A stretch of DNA of 64,000 nt from Tubiluchus corallicola (taxonomy: Eukaryota > Animalia > Priapulida): contig JAQGDQ010000729.1 of the NCBI GenBank assembly GCA_030141605.1, positions 42,588-106,587 of the forward strand, written 5' to 3'. The position numbers and the translations under genes were made by a program. Below the pieces are notes generated by a model. It searched no databases and was not told the DNA's origin. It saw only the letters and a program-made list of their open reading frames with translations. Positions 1 through 11,300 of this stretch are shown here, in pieces. Within the stretch, counting starts at the first letter, position 1, and every line of letters begins with the position of its first letter.

Positions 1-259
1 CAAGCAAGCCGAACGAAATTAATCATTAAAAACATAAATAAAACTCATTAAACGTTTAATTTATATGAATTAAGTATAACAGTAGGGTCGATTTTTGCTT
101 CTGGAACGCGTCTCAGTTCTTTTACTTTACTTTCTATGGAAGTTCTGGTCTGTTTTACGATGTTTCGCTTAACAATGTATTTTGCTGTAATGCATTAGGG
201 TAGGTAAGTGAGGAATTACAGTATCTGTAAAAAAGAAACCACGAAATTCACTAATTCAC

Positions 260-363
260 CTTGCATTAATGTCCTGTGCTTGTTTCAAGAATGTGTTGCA
301 GCTGTCTTTGAATTCCGGCAGCTTTTCCAGCATATTTGCAACATGCTGTTCGACCAAAGTGAA
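260..363 (-). CDS. COG8: COG8 coding exon 4 (gene continues beyond the window start)
   Basis: CTTTTAG|...AG|GTGAAT; 104 nt, phase 0-2; FTLVEQHVANMLEKLPEFKDSCNTFLKQAQDINA, cf. human FGDVEASLGRLLDRLPSFQQSCRNFVKEAEEISS. Phases of all four exons chain in frame. Confidence 0.92.
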
Positions 364-509
364 CTAAAAGTAGACAAAATGCTAGTCAAAGTTAAACATA
401 ATTTAGTAAAGTTCCAGTAGCTGCACAACCATTTTCTGGAGAGTTTCCGAATGGTGGTGTTGGCAACATCACAAAATGGAAACATAGAGAGTAATTAAAA
501 ATGTATATA

Positions 510-1138
510 TGTCATAGCAAAATTGTCCATAAGTCTGCAATTAAGTTCTTCTAGTTATTCACATATCCTGAATCTCCATTTCATGAGGATCATTTTGATA
601 CTAAGCTCATCACTCTATGTTATTTCTAAGCTGAGATAATCCACGTTGAAGCTGTGAGATCTTGAGAAAATCCCTGTTAAAGTTAGCCATTGTTTTTTGT
701 CGTATTTCTACAAAACACTTAGCAACCGCACAAATGTTGGTTGCTATGGACTTTGCAAGAGCACATTGAAGTTATGTTCCAATCCAGTAGATGGCACTTC
801 CAGACGAATATCAAGACTTGGCAACAGAAAAAACCTGAACATGACTGCTTCCAGAAGCTACTATCAGAGTTTGAAAATACAAGTTCTTTTTACAGTTGCA
901 GTACTAGTTTCTAGCATGAAAATGGGTACAGAGTTACAAAATTAGATTTTTTTGTATTTTTTGAATATATTTTCTTGATAATTTGATGTTAGAATACAAT
1001 GATCCAATATATTTAGCATTTGTTTTTATAAAAAGCAAAAAAATGACATTTGACCAAATTTTTCGTACATTCTAATTTTAGCTATAATAACAAAGTTTTA
1101 ACTATGCTGACCTATGGACGGTTTTGGTTTGCATGCAC
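510..1138. mobile_element. TIR MITE family W, copy 1
   Basis: Ends related to TGCATAGCAAAA..GTCCATAAG / CTATGGACGGTTTT..GCATGCA; homologous copies in the opposite orientation at 8778-9430 and about 20022-20495. Confidence 0.8.
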
Positions 1139-1840
1139 ACACACACACACACACACATATACATATACATACATACATAACCCGAAACGAGTAGAAACAA
1201 AATTTAATGATGGCTTAAAATAAAACATATTTACAACTACTTACAAAAATTAAAAATAGTTAACTGCCACTGTTAATTTATGTAATTTTAAACTTATAAT
1301 TGTAGTATGGGTAGCAGTAGAGTGCAGCACTGTTGAACAACAATTGACCATCCTCACCTAGGGGTTACTGGGCATGGCCTTTCAAAACTCCTTTTACTGA
1401 ATATGATTTGTTATCTACTGTGTTTTAATTAGCGTATCAAAGCTTCAGTGATGGGAGTCATGCATTACAAATGTAACTACAGTAGACACCGCTTAACAGA
1501 CTCACGGTTAATAGACTCAGTCGCTTAATTGACTCAAAAATGCCTGGAATGGGCCGCTTCTATTCAAATGTACGTAAAAACTGTTGGCAACTAACTCAAA
1601 TAACTCTGCATAATTTATTCAATATTTCTCCTTCACATACTCAAAATAAGGCACTTCTCTTTGTATCCAAAGAGCTTTTACTGATTTTATGTCATCTTTG
1701 CTTGGCTTTTGTGCCCTAAATATACATAGAAACAACCACGTTAAGTACATGTAAGCAGGTACAGTATGTTTATCATATGCCCTAATATGTTAGCATAGCG
1801 GTTTTGCTTTGAATCTGTCACCGGCTTATCCGCTGCAATT

Positions 1841-2052
1841 TGTAACGTTTGCAAGATACAGCCACAACAGTTTAATAATTAGTGAATACTAAAACAAACG
1901 TTTATTAAAAGAGCATCAGTTTAGATAATCATGAACAAAGCAAATCCCATATTACGTAACTTCTACCTCGTGGTGAGCCCGATTAAATAAATAAGGGAAA
2001 TCTTAGTAAGACCAAACATTAAACTGTTAGCCACAGATAAGAACACGTCACA
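1841..2052 (-). repeat. 3' LTR
   Basis: 212-bp direct repeat of 6357-6568, adjacent to the PPT. Confidence 0.97.
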
Positions 2053-2166
2053 TCCTCTTCGTTTTAAAAGTAAGTAACGTAGACCAACTAAACTGAAAAA
2101 CATCAATGCAGGCAGATATCAAGGTCACAAAATTAAAGGTCAACATCAAGGTTATTAATACTCAAA

Positions 2167-5100
2167 CTAGGTAACATAATCATTAAGAAACTTAGGTCTC
2201 TGAATTCGCCTACCAGAACGTGTTCTAATCTCGTTATCATTCCTCTGTCTGTTATCGTTAAGTCTGTCTGGTATCACGTCTTGTTTCTGTCTCATGTTGT
2301 CGTATGGGCAGTATACAGATTCATCTATATAAGTCTCAGACGTCTTGCGCAGATGAACTCTGTTTCTTCTGTACACGGTTCCACTTTCAGTCTTTACAAG
2401 GTAAGACCTTTCACCAATCTTCCGTATCACTATAGCTTTCTCCCACATCTTCCCTTTTCGTAGAGGGTCCATACGTACAACATCCCCAACCATTAATTGA
2501 ATCAAAGGTTTCGCCTGTTGGTTGTAATATGTAGCTTGGCGATCCTTCTGAGCAATGATTTTCTCTCTAGTATTTGGCACAAGTTTCGGCTCTAGCAAGG
2601 AAGATGGCATTAGTAGAGTAGTTCGTGTCCGTCTTCCAAACAATCGTTGAGCTGGTGATGCATTAAGACCTTCTGCTGGTGTATTTCTATAAGCCAATAG
2701 AGACAAGTATGGGTCTTCTTTTGCAACTAGCGCTTTCTTCATCAAACGCTTAGCAGTGTTGACAGCATTCTCAACTTTGCCATTTGATTTTGGATACCTC
2801 GGTGAAGAAGTTTCATGCTGGAAGCCATAAATTTTAGCAAAAGTTTTAAACTCTTCAGAATCAAATCGCACATTATCAGAACGGAGCATTTCTGGTATTC
2901 CATGCCGAGAAAAATGTGCTTTCAACTTTGTTACGACTGTTCTAGCTTCTTTTGATTCAAGCTTGTCTATTTCGAAGAAGTTGGAATAATAGTCAACAGT
3001 TATGAGATAATCAGTATTATTTACCTCACACAGATCACTTCCTACAATCTGCCATGGTCGAGTTGCAATTTGTGGAATCAATTCCTCCTTTTGCTGTGAC
3101 CGTGGATATGCATTACAGATTTCACACTTTTGAATGTAAGATTCAAAATCAGCGTTCATCCGAGGCCTGAATACAACTTCACGTGCTCTTCGCAAGCAGC
3201 CTTGTATTCCCAGGTGGCTAGCATGAACCATTCTAATGAAAGACAGCCTTTCGCTTGGTGGGTATACAATTCTCTCACCTTTAAATATCAAACCTTCATT
3301 TATTGCCAGTTCATCTCTATAATTAAAGTATTGCCGTAGATCTGGTTGTACCTCAGATACTTTGCAAGGCCAGCCAGACCTAATCATAGTTTGCAAAGCT
3401 TTCATCTCTGGATCGGTCACTGTAGCCACTTTGAGCAATTCAAGTTTCTCATCTTTAAAAGTAGCAGGTACGTATTCCAAAGCACGTACAGTTTCAAATT
3501 CTAAAGCAATGTCATCAGTCTCGGGGAGAGAAGCACGAGACAAGGTGTCAGCCATCAGCATGGTTGCTCCTTTCCTATATACTACTTCAACATCATAGTT
3601 CTGCAGCACCAACATCATGCGCTGTATTCTCTTAGGAGCACTAAGTATGCTCTTCTTGAGTATGGATTCAAGAGGCTTGTGATCAGTTTCCAGCTTTACT
3701 TTACGAGCGTAGCAGTAGTGGTCAAACTTTTGAATACCAAAAATTAGACTCAGCATTTCCTTTTCAAGTTGCGCATAGTTCTGTTCGGTTGCAGTCAAAG
3801 TTCGAGAGGCGAACGCAACTGGTTGACCATTCTGCATTAGACATGCACCTAAGCCTGACTGACTGCTGTCACATTGCAGAGTGAGTTCTTCATCTGGGTT
3901 GTAATATCTGAGCACGGGAGACGTAGTTATGAGCTTTTTAACCTGTACAAATGCCTCTTCTTGTTCAGAGTTCCATCTGAATTCTGTTTTGTCAGACATT
4001 AGGTTACTAATAGGTTTTAAGACTTCAGAAAGCATAGGCAAAAACTTTGCCAGGTAATTGACAAAACCACACAGTCTTCTTACTCCCGTCTTATCGATTG
4101 GAGCTGGCATATTTTGCACCGCTACGACCTTGTCGAGGTCAGCTTTAATACCATTAGCACTCAGAATATGCCCGTGGTATCGCACTTCACTACGTCGAAT
4201 CTGACTTTTATCTGGATTCAGTTTTATATTTCTTTCACGACATCGGTCAAAGAATGCTCTAAGTTTGTTGTCATGGTCAACACCGGCTTCTGTAATGGTA
4301 GTACCACAACCATAAATTAGAACGTCATCGTGGAAGTCTTCTATTCCTTTTAGGCCTTGTATTTGCTCATCCATTTTCTTCTGAAAAATCTCAGGCCAAG
4401 CCGAAATCCCAAACGGAGCTCTAGTATAACGATATCTACCGAACGGAGTATCAAATGTTGTTAGATCTTTGGTCTTTTCGTCTAGCTTCATGTGATGAAA
4501 CCCACTTGTCACATCGAAAGTAGAAAAGAGCTTCGCATTGCACAGTCTAGGAGTAAGCTCCTCCATTGTAGGAATATGGTAGATTTCTCGTCTGATAGCC
4601 TTATTCAGTGGTTTAGGATCCAAGCAGATTCTGATACTGCCCAAACGTTTAGTAGCAGTTGTGTAAGCGTTAACCCAGTCAGTAGGGTGGTCTACACGTT
4701 CAATGATGTTGTTTTGTTCGAGTCTGTCAAGTTCAGCTTTAAATTTATCTCGCATGTTATAAGGAAGTCGCCTACATGGTTGAACAACTGGCGGTACAGT
4801 AGGATCAATTTTCAAACTTACACATCCAGGGAATTCTCCTGGTACCTCACTGAAAATATCAGAAAATTCAGTTAGTAAAGCATTACAATCAGCAACACTA
4901 CAAACATCTGAAACATGTACTGTAGGCCTAGTACTGCTATCACTACACAACATATTAGCAACATTGGCTGATTCAACCCTTTTGAAGTTATTTTCATTTA
5001 CAGTAATAAGCTTCATTTGCTGTGAAGCACAAGAACCTAACAATGGTACATAATTTTCGTTTACGACCAAAAAGTTCACAGAGTAACTTTTCTTATTCAC

Positions 5101-6246
5101 TGGATTTACAATTGGCAATCTGACTTGCCCAATGGGACTTATTTTAGTTTTGTTCCACATTTCTAACACAGTGTTTACAGTAGCAAGTTTATCACACAAG
5201 TGATGTGGCACAAGTCTTTCAGGTATAATGTTTACACTGGCCCCACAGTCAATCTGAAAAATCGTAGGTGTACCCTCCATAAGCCATTCACTGTAAATCT
5301 GAGGCTGTTGTGTGGTACACTGTTCAGTAGCATGAACAGTATGAGTTACAGTTCCAATCATATACTCATTCGACTTTTCCTCACAGTTTGCCATGCCAAA
5401 GACACTTTGGCCTCTTCTCGACAGAAATGATTTTGCACGAGTGTCAGTTCTACCTCTAGATTTGCACATAGACTGAAAATGATTTCTTCCATGGCAAATG
5501 TTACATGTTTTGCCATAAGCAGGACATTTACTTTTGTCCCATTCATGCTTATGCCCACAGAAGTGACAGTCAATCACCTTTTTCTTAGCACCCGTGGCTT
5601 TACTAGCACTACCTTTATGAGTTTTGGGTTTGACAGCTTGCACTTGTTCAGAGTACGAGGCTTGTTCAGCCTTTATATCTTTAAGTTGACTTGCAGACTC
5701 AGCAAACGAGCGACAAATAGTTATGCAGCTACTCAATGTTAGTTTCGACTCTTGCAGTAGTCGCTTACGAGTAATATTGTCAGTTATGCCTAGGATTATC
5801 CGATCCCGTATCAGACTCTCAGTTAGATTGCCGTAATTACACCTTTTGGCTAGTGTGCGCAAAGATGAGACATAGGCATCGATTGTTTCACCAGGATTTT
5901 GATCGCGTTTATTAAAACAATATCGTTCGTAAGTTTCATTAGTTTCTCCGACACAAAATGCTTCAAATTTTTGTAGAACCATTGCAACATTTGTTTTGTC
6001 TGCCTCATTTTCAAATTCTAGTCCATCAAAAATTTCCACACACTCAGGACCCAAAACGGTCAATAATGTGGCTGTTCTAACAGCATCATTTGCTTCATTG
6101 AGCTTCAAAGCCACCTCATAATTGTCCCACACCCGACGAAATTTTCGCCAATTCGCAGCTAAATTTCCATGCAGGTCTAGTCTAGGTGGTGCAGGTAGAA
6201 CACTATACGGGGAAGTAACTTGAACATGACCTTCGCCGTCAGCCAT
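2167..6246 (-). CDS. Gag-Pol polyprotein (Gag with two Zn knuckles, protease, RT, RNase H, integrase), 1359 aa
   Basis: Single ORF: CHFCGHKH...C and CNICHGRNHFQSMC knuckles, FQIDCGA protease, FHDD RT motif, CDSS..E..TDHKPL RNase H, HASH...CEIC and D-D-E integrase, C-terminal RTRSGR..P..L.DY; order PR-RT-RH-IN = Ty3/Gypsy; no env. Confidence 0.96.
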   Translation of the reverse strand: MADGEGHVQVTSPYSVLPAPPRLDLHGNLAANWRKFRRVWDNYEVALKLNEANDAVRTATLLTVLGPECVEIFDGLEFENEADKTNVAMVLQKFEAFCVGETNETYERYCFNKRDQNPGETIDAYVSSLRTLAKRCNYGNLTESLIRDRIILGITDNITRKRLLQESKLTLSSCITICRSFAESASQLKDIKAEQASYSEQVQAVKPKTHKGSASKATGAKKKVIDCHFCGHKHEWDKSKCPAYGKTCNICHGRNHFQSMCKSRGRTDTRAKSFLSRRGQSVFGMANCEEKSNEYMIGTVTHTVHATEQCTTQQPQIYSEWLMEGTPTIFQIDCGASVNIIPERLVPHHLCDKLATVNTVLEMWNKTKISPIGQVRLPIVNPVNKKSYSVNFLVVNENYVPLLGSCASQQMKLITVNENNFKRVESANVANMLCSDSSTRPTVHVSDVCSVADCNALLTEFSDIFSEVPGEFPGCVSLKIDPTVPPVVQPCRRLPYNMRDKFKAELDRLEQNNIIERVDHPTDWVNAYTTATKRLGSIRICLDPKPLNKAIRREIYHIPTMEELTPRLCNAKLFSTFDVTSGFHHMKLDEKTKDLTTFDTPFGRYRYTRAPFGISAWPEIFQKKMDEQIQGLKGIEDFHDDVLIYGCGTTITEAGVDHDNKLRAFFDRCRERNIKLNPDKSQIRRSEVRYHGHILSANGIKADLDKVVAVQNMPAPIDKTGVRRLCGFVNYLAKFLPMLSEVLKPISNLMSDKTEFRWNSEQEEAFVQVKKLITTSPVLRYYNPDEELTLQCDSSQSGLGACLMQNGQPVAFASRTLTATEQNYAQLEKEMLSLIFGIQKFDHYCYARKVKLETDHKPLESILKKSILSAPKRIQRMMLVLQNYDVEVVYRKGATMLMADTLSRASLPETDDIALEFETVRALEYVPATFKDEKLELLKVATVTDPEMKALQTMIRSGWPCKVSEVQPDLRQYFNYRDELAINEGLIFKGERIVYPPSERLSFIRMVHASHLGIQGCLRRAREVVFRPRMNADFESYIQKCEICNAYPRSQQKEELIPQIATRPWQIVGSDLCEVNNTDYLITVDYYSNFFEIDKLESKEARTVVTKLKAHFSRHGIPEMLRSDNVRFDSEEFKTFAKIYGFQHETSSPRYPKSNGKVENAVNTAKRLMKKALVAKEDPYLSLLAYRNTPAEGLNASPAQRLFGRRTRTTLLMPSSLLEPKLVPNTREKIIAQKDRQATYYNQQAKPLIQLMVGDVVRMDPLRKGKMWEKAIVIRKIGERSYLVKTESGTVYRRNRVHLRKTSETYIDESVYCPYDNMRQKQDVIPDRLNDNRQRNDNEIRTRSGRRIQRPKFLNDYVT

Positions 6247-6356
6247 TTTATCTTACCACAGTCTTCCCGATAGAAAGTTTGGCGTTACGTAAAGAAGTGA
6301 TGTTATCAGCGTATCAGTAGTTAAGCACTTGCCGATAACTTCCATCCGTACTACCA

Positions 6357-6568
6357 TGTAACGTTTGCAAGATACAGCCACAACAGTTTAATAATTAGTG
6401 AATACTAAAACAAACGTTTATTAAAAGAGCATCAGTTTAGATAATCATGAACAAAGCAAATCCCATATTACGTAACTTCTACCTCGTGGTGAGCCCGATT
6501 AAATAAATAAGCGAAATCTTAGTAAGACCAAACATTAAACTGTTAGCCACAGATAAGAACACGTCACA
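6357..6568 (-). repeat. 5' LTR
   Basis: 212-bp direct repeat of 1841-2052, adjacent to the PBS. Confidence 0.97.
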
Positions 6569-8394
6569 CAATTAACCTCATTGTTTCTGGAAACTAAACA
6601 TTTAATCACTTGCCCAGCCATTTGCTTTTAAACCTCCTGCTGCTATTCACAAGCTCATCACCAACTGCAGCTCAAGCATGAAGTGAATTGGTGTTTTGTG
6701 AGAATACCTGCAGCAAACAGCAACAGATGTTCAACATTTTTATCAATATCAGAATTTAAAAAAACCAACTTTTTCGTGAAGAAATGAACAACTGACTTTG
6801 AAAGAATTTTTGTAATTTTTAATGGTAATAATCAGATTTTTGCGATTTTTACTTTTTTTTATTAATTCACTTACATAAATTATGCTTCTTAAATAATTGA
6901 CATTAATTCGTTTCTAAAATTCATTTAAAGCCTTTGCAATGCATACTGAGGTGAAGAGTGACTCATACTTGTATTGTAATAATATACTAAACCCTTCGGC
7001 TATTGACTCAGTTGGTTAATTGGGTCAAAACACTTCCGTCCCAAAGTGAGTCTATTAAGCGGCGTCTAACTGCAATGAGTCACATGTTTTTAGAAGTACC
7101 TTGTAACTACAACTAGTTCGTTTTTGTTGTAACTTTTAACTGAAATAATAGTTACTTTTTTACTCTAGAATAAAAAAAAATCAACACTGAGTGCACATAA
7201 ATATTGTATTCCACCCATCATGTTTATGTAATGAGTAGATTAAGCAATTACTCTCTTCGTGCATTAACCTAGTTTCTATGTGGTCATTATTAGTATTAAA
7301 ATTAGTATTACACATTTTCCGAGAATAAGAGTTTGATTCTAAAATGTGACGTCCCTCAAACTTTGGCACCCTAGGCTATAGCCAAGTTAGCCTATTGGTT
7401 AATGTCCCCTGCATATAAATATTGTATTGTACCCATGATACTCCTGTTTCAGTACGGTACAATCAGCTGTTGTTGTATAGGAGTTTCTGCCGTGGAAGTG
7501 AGCAGCATGACTTCATTCTAGCGTGAAGTTTGCTGGTCTCAAGCCCACAGCAAATATGATAACTTCACGTAACAGCCACTTTTTAAACGAACCTAACTAG
7601 TTACCTTGCTGACAGAACTGTAACTGTGACTAGTTACTTTTTTGACAGTGTAACATGTTACTGTAACGAGTTACATTTTCAAATGCAACTGTAACTGTTT
7701 ACACAACAGTCATATTGGCTAAGGAACTATCCCAACACTGCCGGGTACATAATTAAAATATGCGTACAAATCTACTGCACTATACCACACTTTCTTCTTG
7801 TATTTAGCCTATGATTTCAAGCAAGCAATACATGTGTGTATTGATTCAATAAGCCAACTGAGCCTATTAACCAACGGGTGTAGTATTACTGGTGTAGAAG
7901 TATGAGTCATCAGCTTAGTATGCGCTGCAAAGTCTGAATTCCTTTGTGCATGTTAAAAATGTTCAAAAAATATTTTAAAATATTAATTTATGTAAGTGAA
8001 TTACCAATAAATTAAGAAGTATACTTTTCTAAATCACACAAGTCTATTTATCTGAAAAAATTCCTTCAAAGTCAGTTGCTTCATTGTCGAGAGCTTCAAA
8101 AGGAAACTGTTAGACCAGAAATTCTTGGTAACGGAGGTTAACTGCAGTGGACGAGATGGTAACAGATTTCAAAGCAAAAGTGTTATCCTAGCGTATTAGC
8201 ACATGATAGACATACCTGCTTAACACAAAATGGAAGTAAAGATGACATAAAAGTAGGAAAGGCTCTTTGGGCACATACAAATGTCTCATTTTAGACACTT
8301 ATGCGAAGTTATTTGAATCTAAGTCTATTAATCATGAGTCTAATAAACAGTACCTACTGTACTATGAAAGCCTACGGGTCGCCTGACTACTCAC

Positions 8395-8519
8395 GTCTTT
8401 ATAAATGTCTTTTGAACATTCCGCGGTGTGAATAAACGTCTTGTAGTTATGAAATGCCAATTCCTGCGTTTGTTCCGTAACCAGAGCCCGTTCTTCCGAC
8501 AGTCTCTCGGGTTCTCTCA
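8395..8519 (-). CDS. COG8: COG8 coding exon 3
   Basis: TTCGTTTAG|...|GTGAGT; 125 nt, phase 1-0; (V)[41 protein letters not shown], cf. human [34 protein letters not shown] (Dor1/COG8 signature). Confidence 0.95.
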
Positions 8520-8777
8520 CTAAACGAACAAGTAAGTTCAATCAAGGGGGAAGGCAGTTCACAGGCACCAGAGAGAGGTAAATCTTAGAATCTCAAAATT
8601 AACACGGAAATAATTTTTAACGGATGATTTTGACTAAATAATTAAAAAAATTCTATAATAAATGAACTTTTTAAGAGCTATCTTTAAATTGGCAAAAGAA
8701 ACATTTTTTTCATTTCTTTATTGTTATATTCTTTTAAATCTCAGAACTACAATAAATAGGCCTACTCTAATAATATA

Positions 8778-9430
8778 CGTGCGCTAGCAAACTAAAACCG
8801 TCCATAAGTCGGCATAGTTGAAACTAGATTATGATGCTTCAAACTAGAAGGCACCAAAAATCTGATCAAATGTCAATTTTCCGTTTTTTGTAAAAACAAA
8901 CGCTAAATAAATTGGAGTTTTATGTACTAGCAACAAATTATCAAGAAAATGTACAAAAAATACTAAAAATCTAATTTTATAACTCCGTGCTCACTTTTCT
9001 GAGTAGAAATTAGTACTACAATTGCAAAAAACTTTTAAATTAAAACTCCGATAGTAGCTAGTGGAAGCAGTCATTTTGCTTTGAGTTTTTTCTGTTGCCA
9101 AGGCCAGATCTTCATCAGAGAGAGCCATCTACTGGATTTAAACATAACTTCAATGTGCTCTTGCAAAATCGTACCAACCATGCACTTATACGGTTGCTAA
9201 GTGTTTTGAACAGAAACAACAAAAAACAATGGCTAACTTTAACAGTGATTTTCTCAAGATTATGTTTTTCAGTGTGAAGCCTGCACCTCACTTCAATAGA
9301 TTATCTCAGCTTAGAAATAACATAGAGTGATGAACTTGGTATCAAAATGATCCTCATGAAATGGAGATTCAGGATACATGGATAACTAAAAAAGCTTAAT
9401 GCCGACTATGGACGATCCTGCCATGCACAC
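8778..9430. mobile_element. TIR MITE family W, copy 2 (inverted relative to copy 1)
   Basis: Reverse-complement homology to 510-1138 over about 600 bp (e.g. TTATCTCAGCTTAGAAATAACATAGAGTGATGA). Confidence 0.8.
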
Positions 9431-9558
9431 ATATAATGGATGTCAAGCATATTAAAATCTTTTAATAATACAAGGCAAGGAGTAACATTAACTACCAAAA
9501 AAAAAAATCAAACTGTTTATATTGATTTATATTGTCAATATTAGCTTAGGTTATTTAC

Positions 9559-9630
9559 CAAGTTTCTTGACTCCCGACGAACAGAGTTCCTGTAAATACA
9601 ACGAGAACTCTGCACTGTCTCTCCATGAAT
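9559..9630 (-). CDS. COG8: COG8 coding exon 2
   Basis: TTTTCAG|...|GTAAAT; 72 nt, phase 1-1; (D)SWRDSAEFSLYLQELCSSGVKKL, cf. human WRERPDVGRYLRELSGSGLERL. Confidence 0.92.
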
Positions 9631-10379
9631 CTGAAAACGAAACGTATTTTTAAAAATTATGTTGATTTAAGCATTAAAATTATTTTAAAAAAAGCAGGTT
9701 TGCCAAGTGGTGGTGAAACCAGATCTGAATGGATGCAGCTTGCCGAACTTCAGGACACATGGTCAACTTTTGCCACCTAATAAAAAATTATTCAGCTGCA
9801 GTCGACAAGAAAAATCGAGGTTGATGCAACACTTTACAGAGCTTGCTCACATCTCAAATAGATATCAGTTTAGTTAGTTTAAACATAATTTATTATAGTT
9901 TATTATGAATATAGCCCAGGCAAGCTTCGAAAATGTCTATGTGCGCTTTAACTGTGAAGTTCATTTCAAAATGACTGACTTTTTACACGTCTCAGGGTCT
10001 AAGGTTCAAATCCTGTCTGGTTCCTAAATTTTCTTCAACTTTTTAAGCAGAAAACTTAAAGTGCAGCTGTACAGTACAGCCAAAAGATTACAGTTTAAAA
10101 CAAATATGTTTTTGAAATTAGCCTTTACGTTTTTGTTTATTAGAAGGGAAATAACGTGAAAAGCTGGAACAATTAACGTTCCACTACCGAAAAGTCAAAT
10201 TCCTGAATCTTTTTGAAGGTAGTACCTATTTTTTCCCTTTTACTTAAAAAAATGAAAAAAATTCTAAACAAATTGGGACTTGAACATGAGACACTGACAT
10301 GTCTAAAAAACATTCTATTTCTTTATTGCTTCCGATATCTTAGTTTAAACATTTTATTATAGGATTGGATCAGACAGTT

Positions 10380-11300
10380 TGAACAACATGATTTAGGATC
10401 CTCACCACAACAGTCTATACACACTATTTACAAAAACATTTACAGTAAGAATTGACTATAACTACACAAGCTGTCAAGTTTTACTGCAAGATTACATTAG
10501 ACATTAGTAGAAAATGATATTTAGAATATGAATATTTAAGACAGATGGATTTCATATCAGATAGAAACTACTGGAAGCATTTAGTACACGTGTAATATAA
10601 AGTCATGTATGCATTGGAATATTTTAAGAATATAAAAGACAGAAAGGCCTTGACAAAATTTAGAACTCGTGCTCATCAATAAGGAGTTGAAACTGGTAGA
10701 TACGTAAGACCATCTATTCCATGTGAAAATTGAGTTTGTAATGTTTGTAATATTGTTGAATGACGAATGCCATTTTTTATTATACTGCTCAAGACACAAT
10801 GTTGCACGTAACTTTATGTTGAATACAGTTTCTCAGTGTGTTCTACTTTTAATGCTTTAACCTGAAAATGAAAAATTACTTTGTTTGATGCAACCAGAAA
10901 ACACTGTTATACAATGTGCAGTGGAAAAATTTACAAGAATATGAATGTAATCAATTGTATGAAATGTTTATTATTATTTTGATCGGCCCTGTTGGCCATA
11001 TGTCAATAAACTATCTATCTATTGTATGAAATGTTAATTATTATTTTGATTGGCCCTGTTGGCCATATGTCAATAAACTATCTATCTATTGTATGAAATG
11101 TTTATTATTATTTTGATTGGCCCTGTTGGCCATATGTCAATAAACTATCTATCTATTGTATGAAATGTTAATTATTATTTTGATCGGCCCTGTTGGCCAT
11201 ATGTCAATAAACTATCTATCTATTGTATGAAATGTTTATTATTATTTTGATTGGCCCTGTTGGCCATATGTCAATAATCTATCTATCTATCTAACTATCT
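10380..11300 (+). mobile_element. Decayed LINE 3' end (CR1/L2/RTE-X-type ORF2 C-terminus) with tandemly repeated 3'UTR
   Basis: RKALTKFRTRAHQ*GVETGRY...VCNVCNIVE/DECHFLLYC with stops and frameshifts; then 5 x 67-bp units (10954-11290), each ending in AATAA(A)-(CTAT)n. Confidence 0.8.

Larger units (their letters stand above)
1841..6568 (-). mobile_element. Full-length Ty3/Gypsy (Mag-like) LTR retrotransposon, 4728 bp, recent insertion in COG8 intron 3
   Basis: TG...CA LTRs 1841-2052 and 6357-6568 (212 bp, one mismatch seen), 5-bp TSD CAATT (1836-1840, 6569-6573), PBS TGGTAGTACGGATGG abutting the 5' LTR (6342-6356), short PPT GAAGAGGA (2053-2060). Confidence 0.97.
1480..7072. mobile_element. 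pogo/Tc1-mariner-like non-autonomous element split by the LTR retrotransposon
   Basis: TA-CAGTAGACACCGCTTAACAGACTCAC ... GTGAGTCTATTAAGCGGCGTCTAACTG-CA; halves 1480-1840 and 6569-7072 are colinear with the uninterrupted, inverted copy at 11648-12568. Confidence 0.85.
1446..7740. mobile_element. Outer TIR element (CAGTG[A/T]TGGGA ends, GTAAC-rich, hAT-like MITE) hosting the pogo MITE and LTR element
   Basis: Left CAGTGATGGGA, right TCCCAACACTG; GTAAC/GTTAC motifs on both sides of the pogo insertion (1465-1477, 7075-7170, 7560-7700). No 8-bp TSD recognisable. Confidence 0.55.

Noticed and set aside
2281-5742. Short ORFs overlapping the retrotransposon
   Set aside because: Shadow frames of the gag-pol ORF.
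1438-7748. 8-bp TSD for the outer CAGTG-ended element
   Set aside because: Flanks CAAAGCTT and CCGGGTAC do not match, so the hAT assignment stays tentative.
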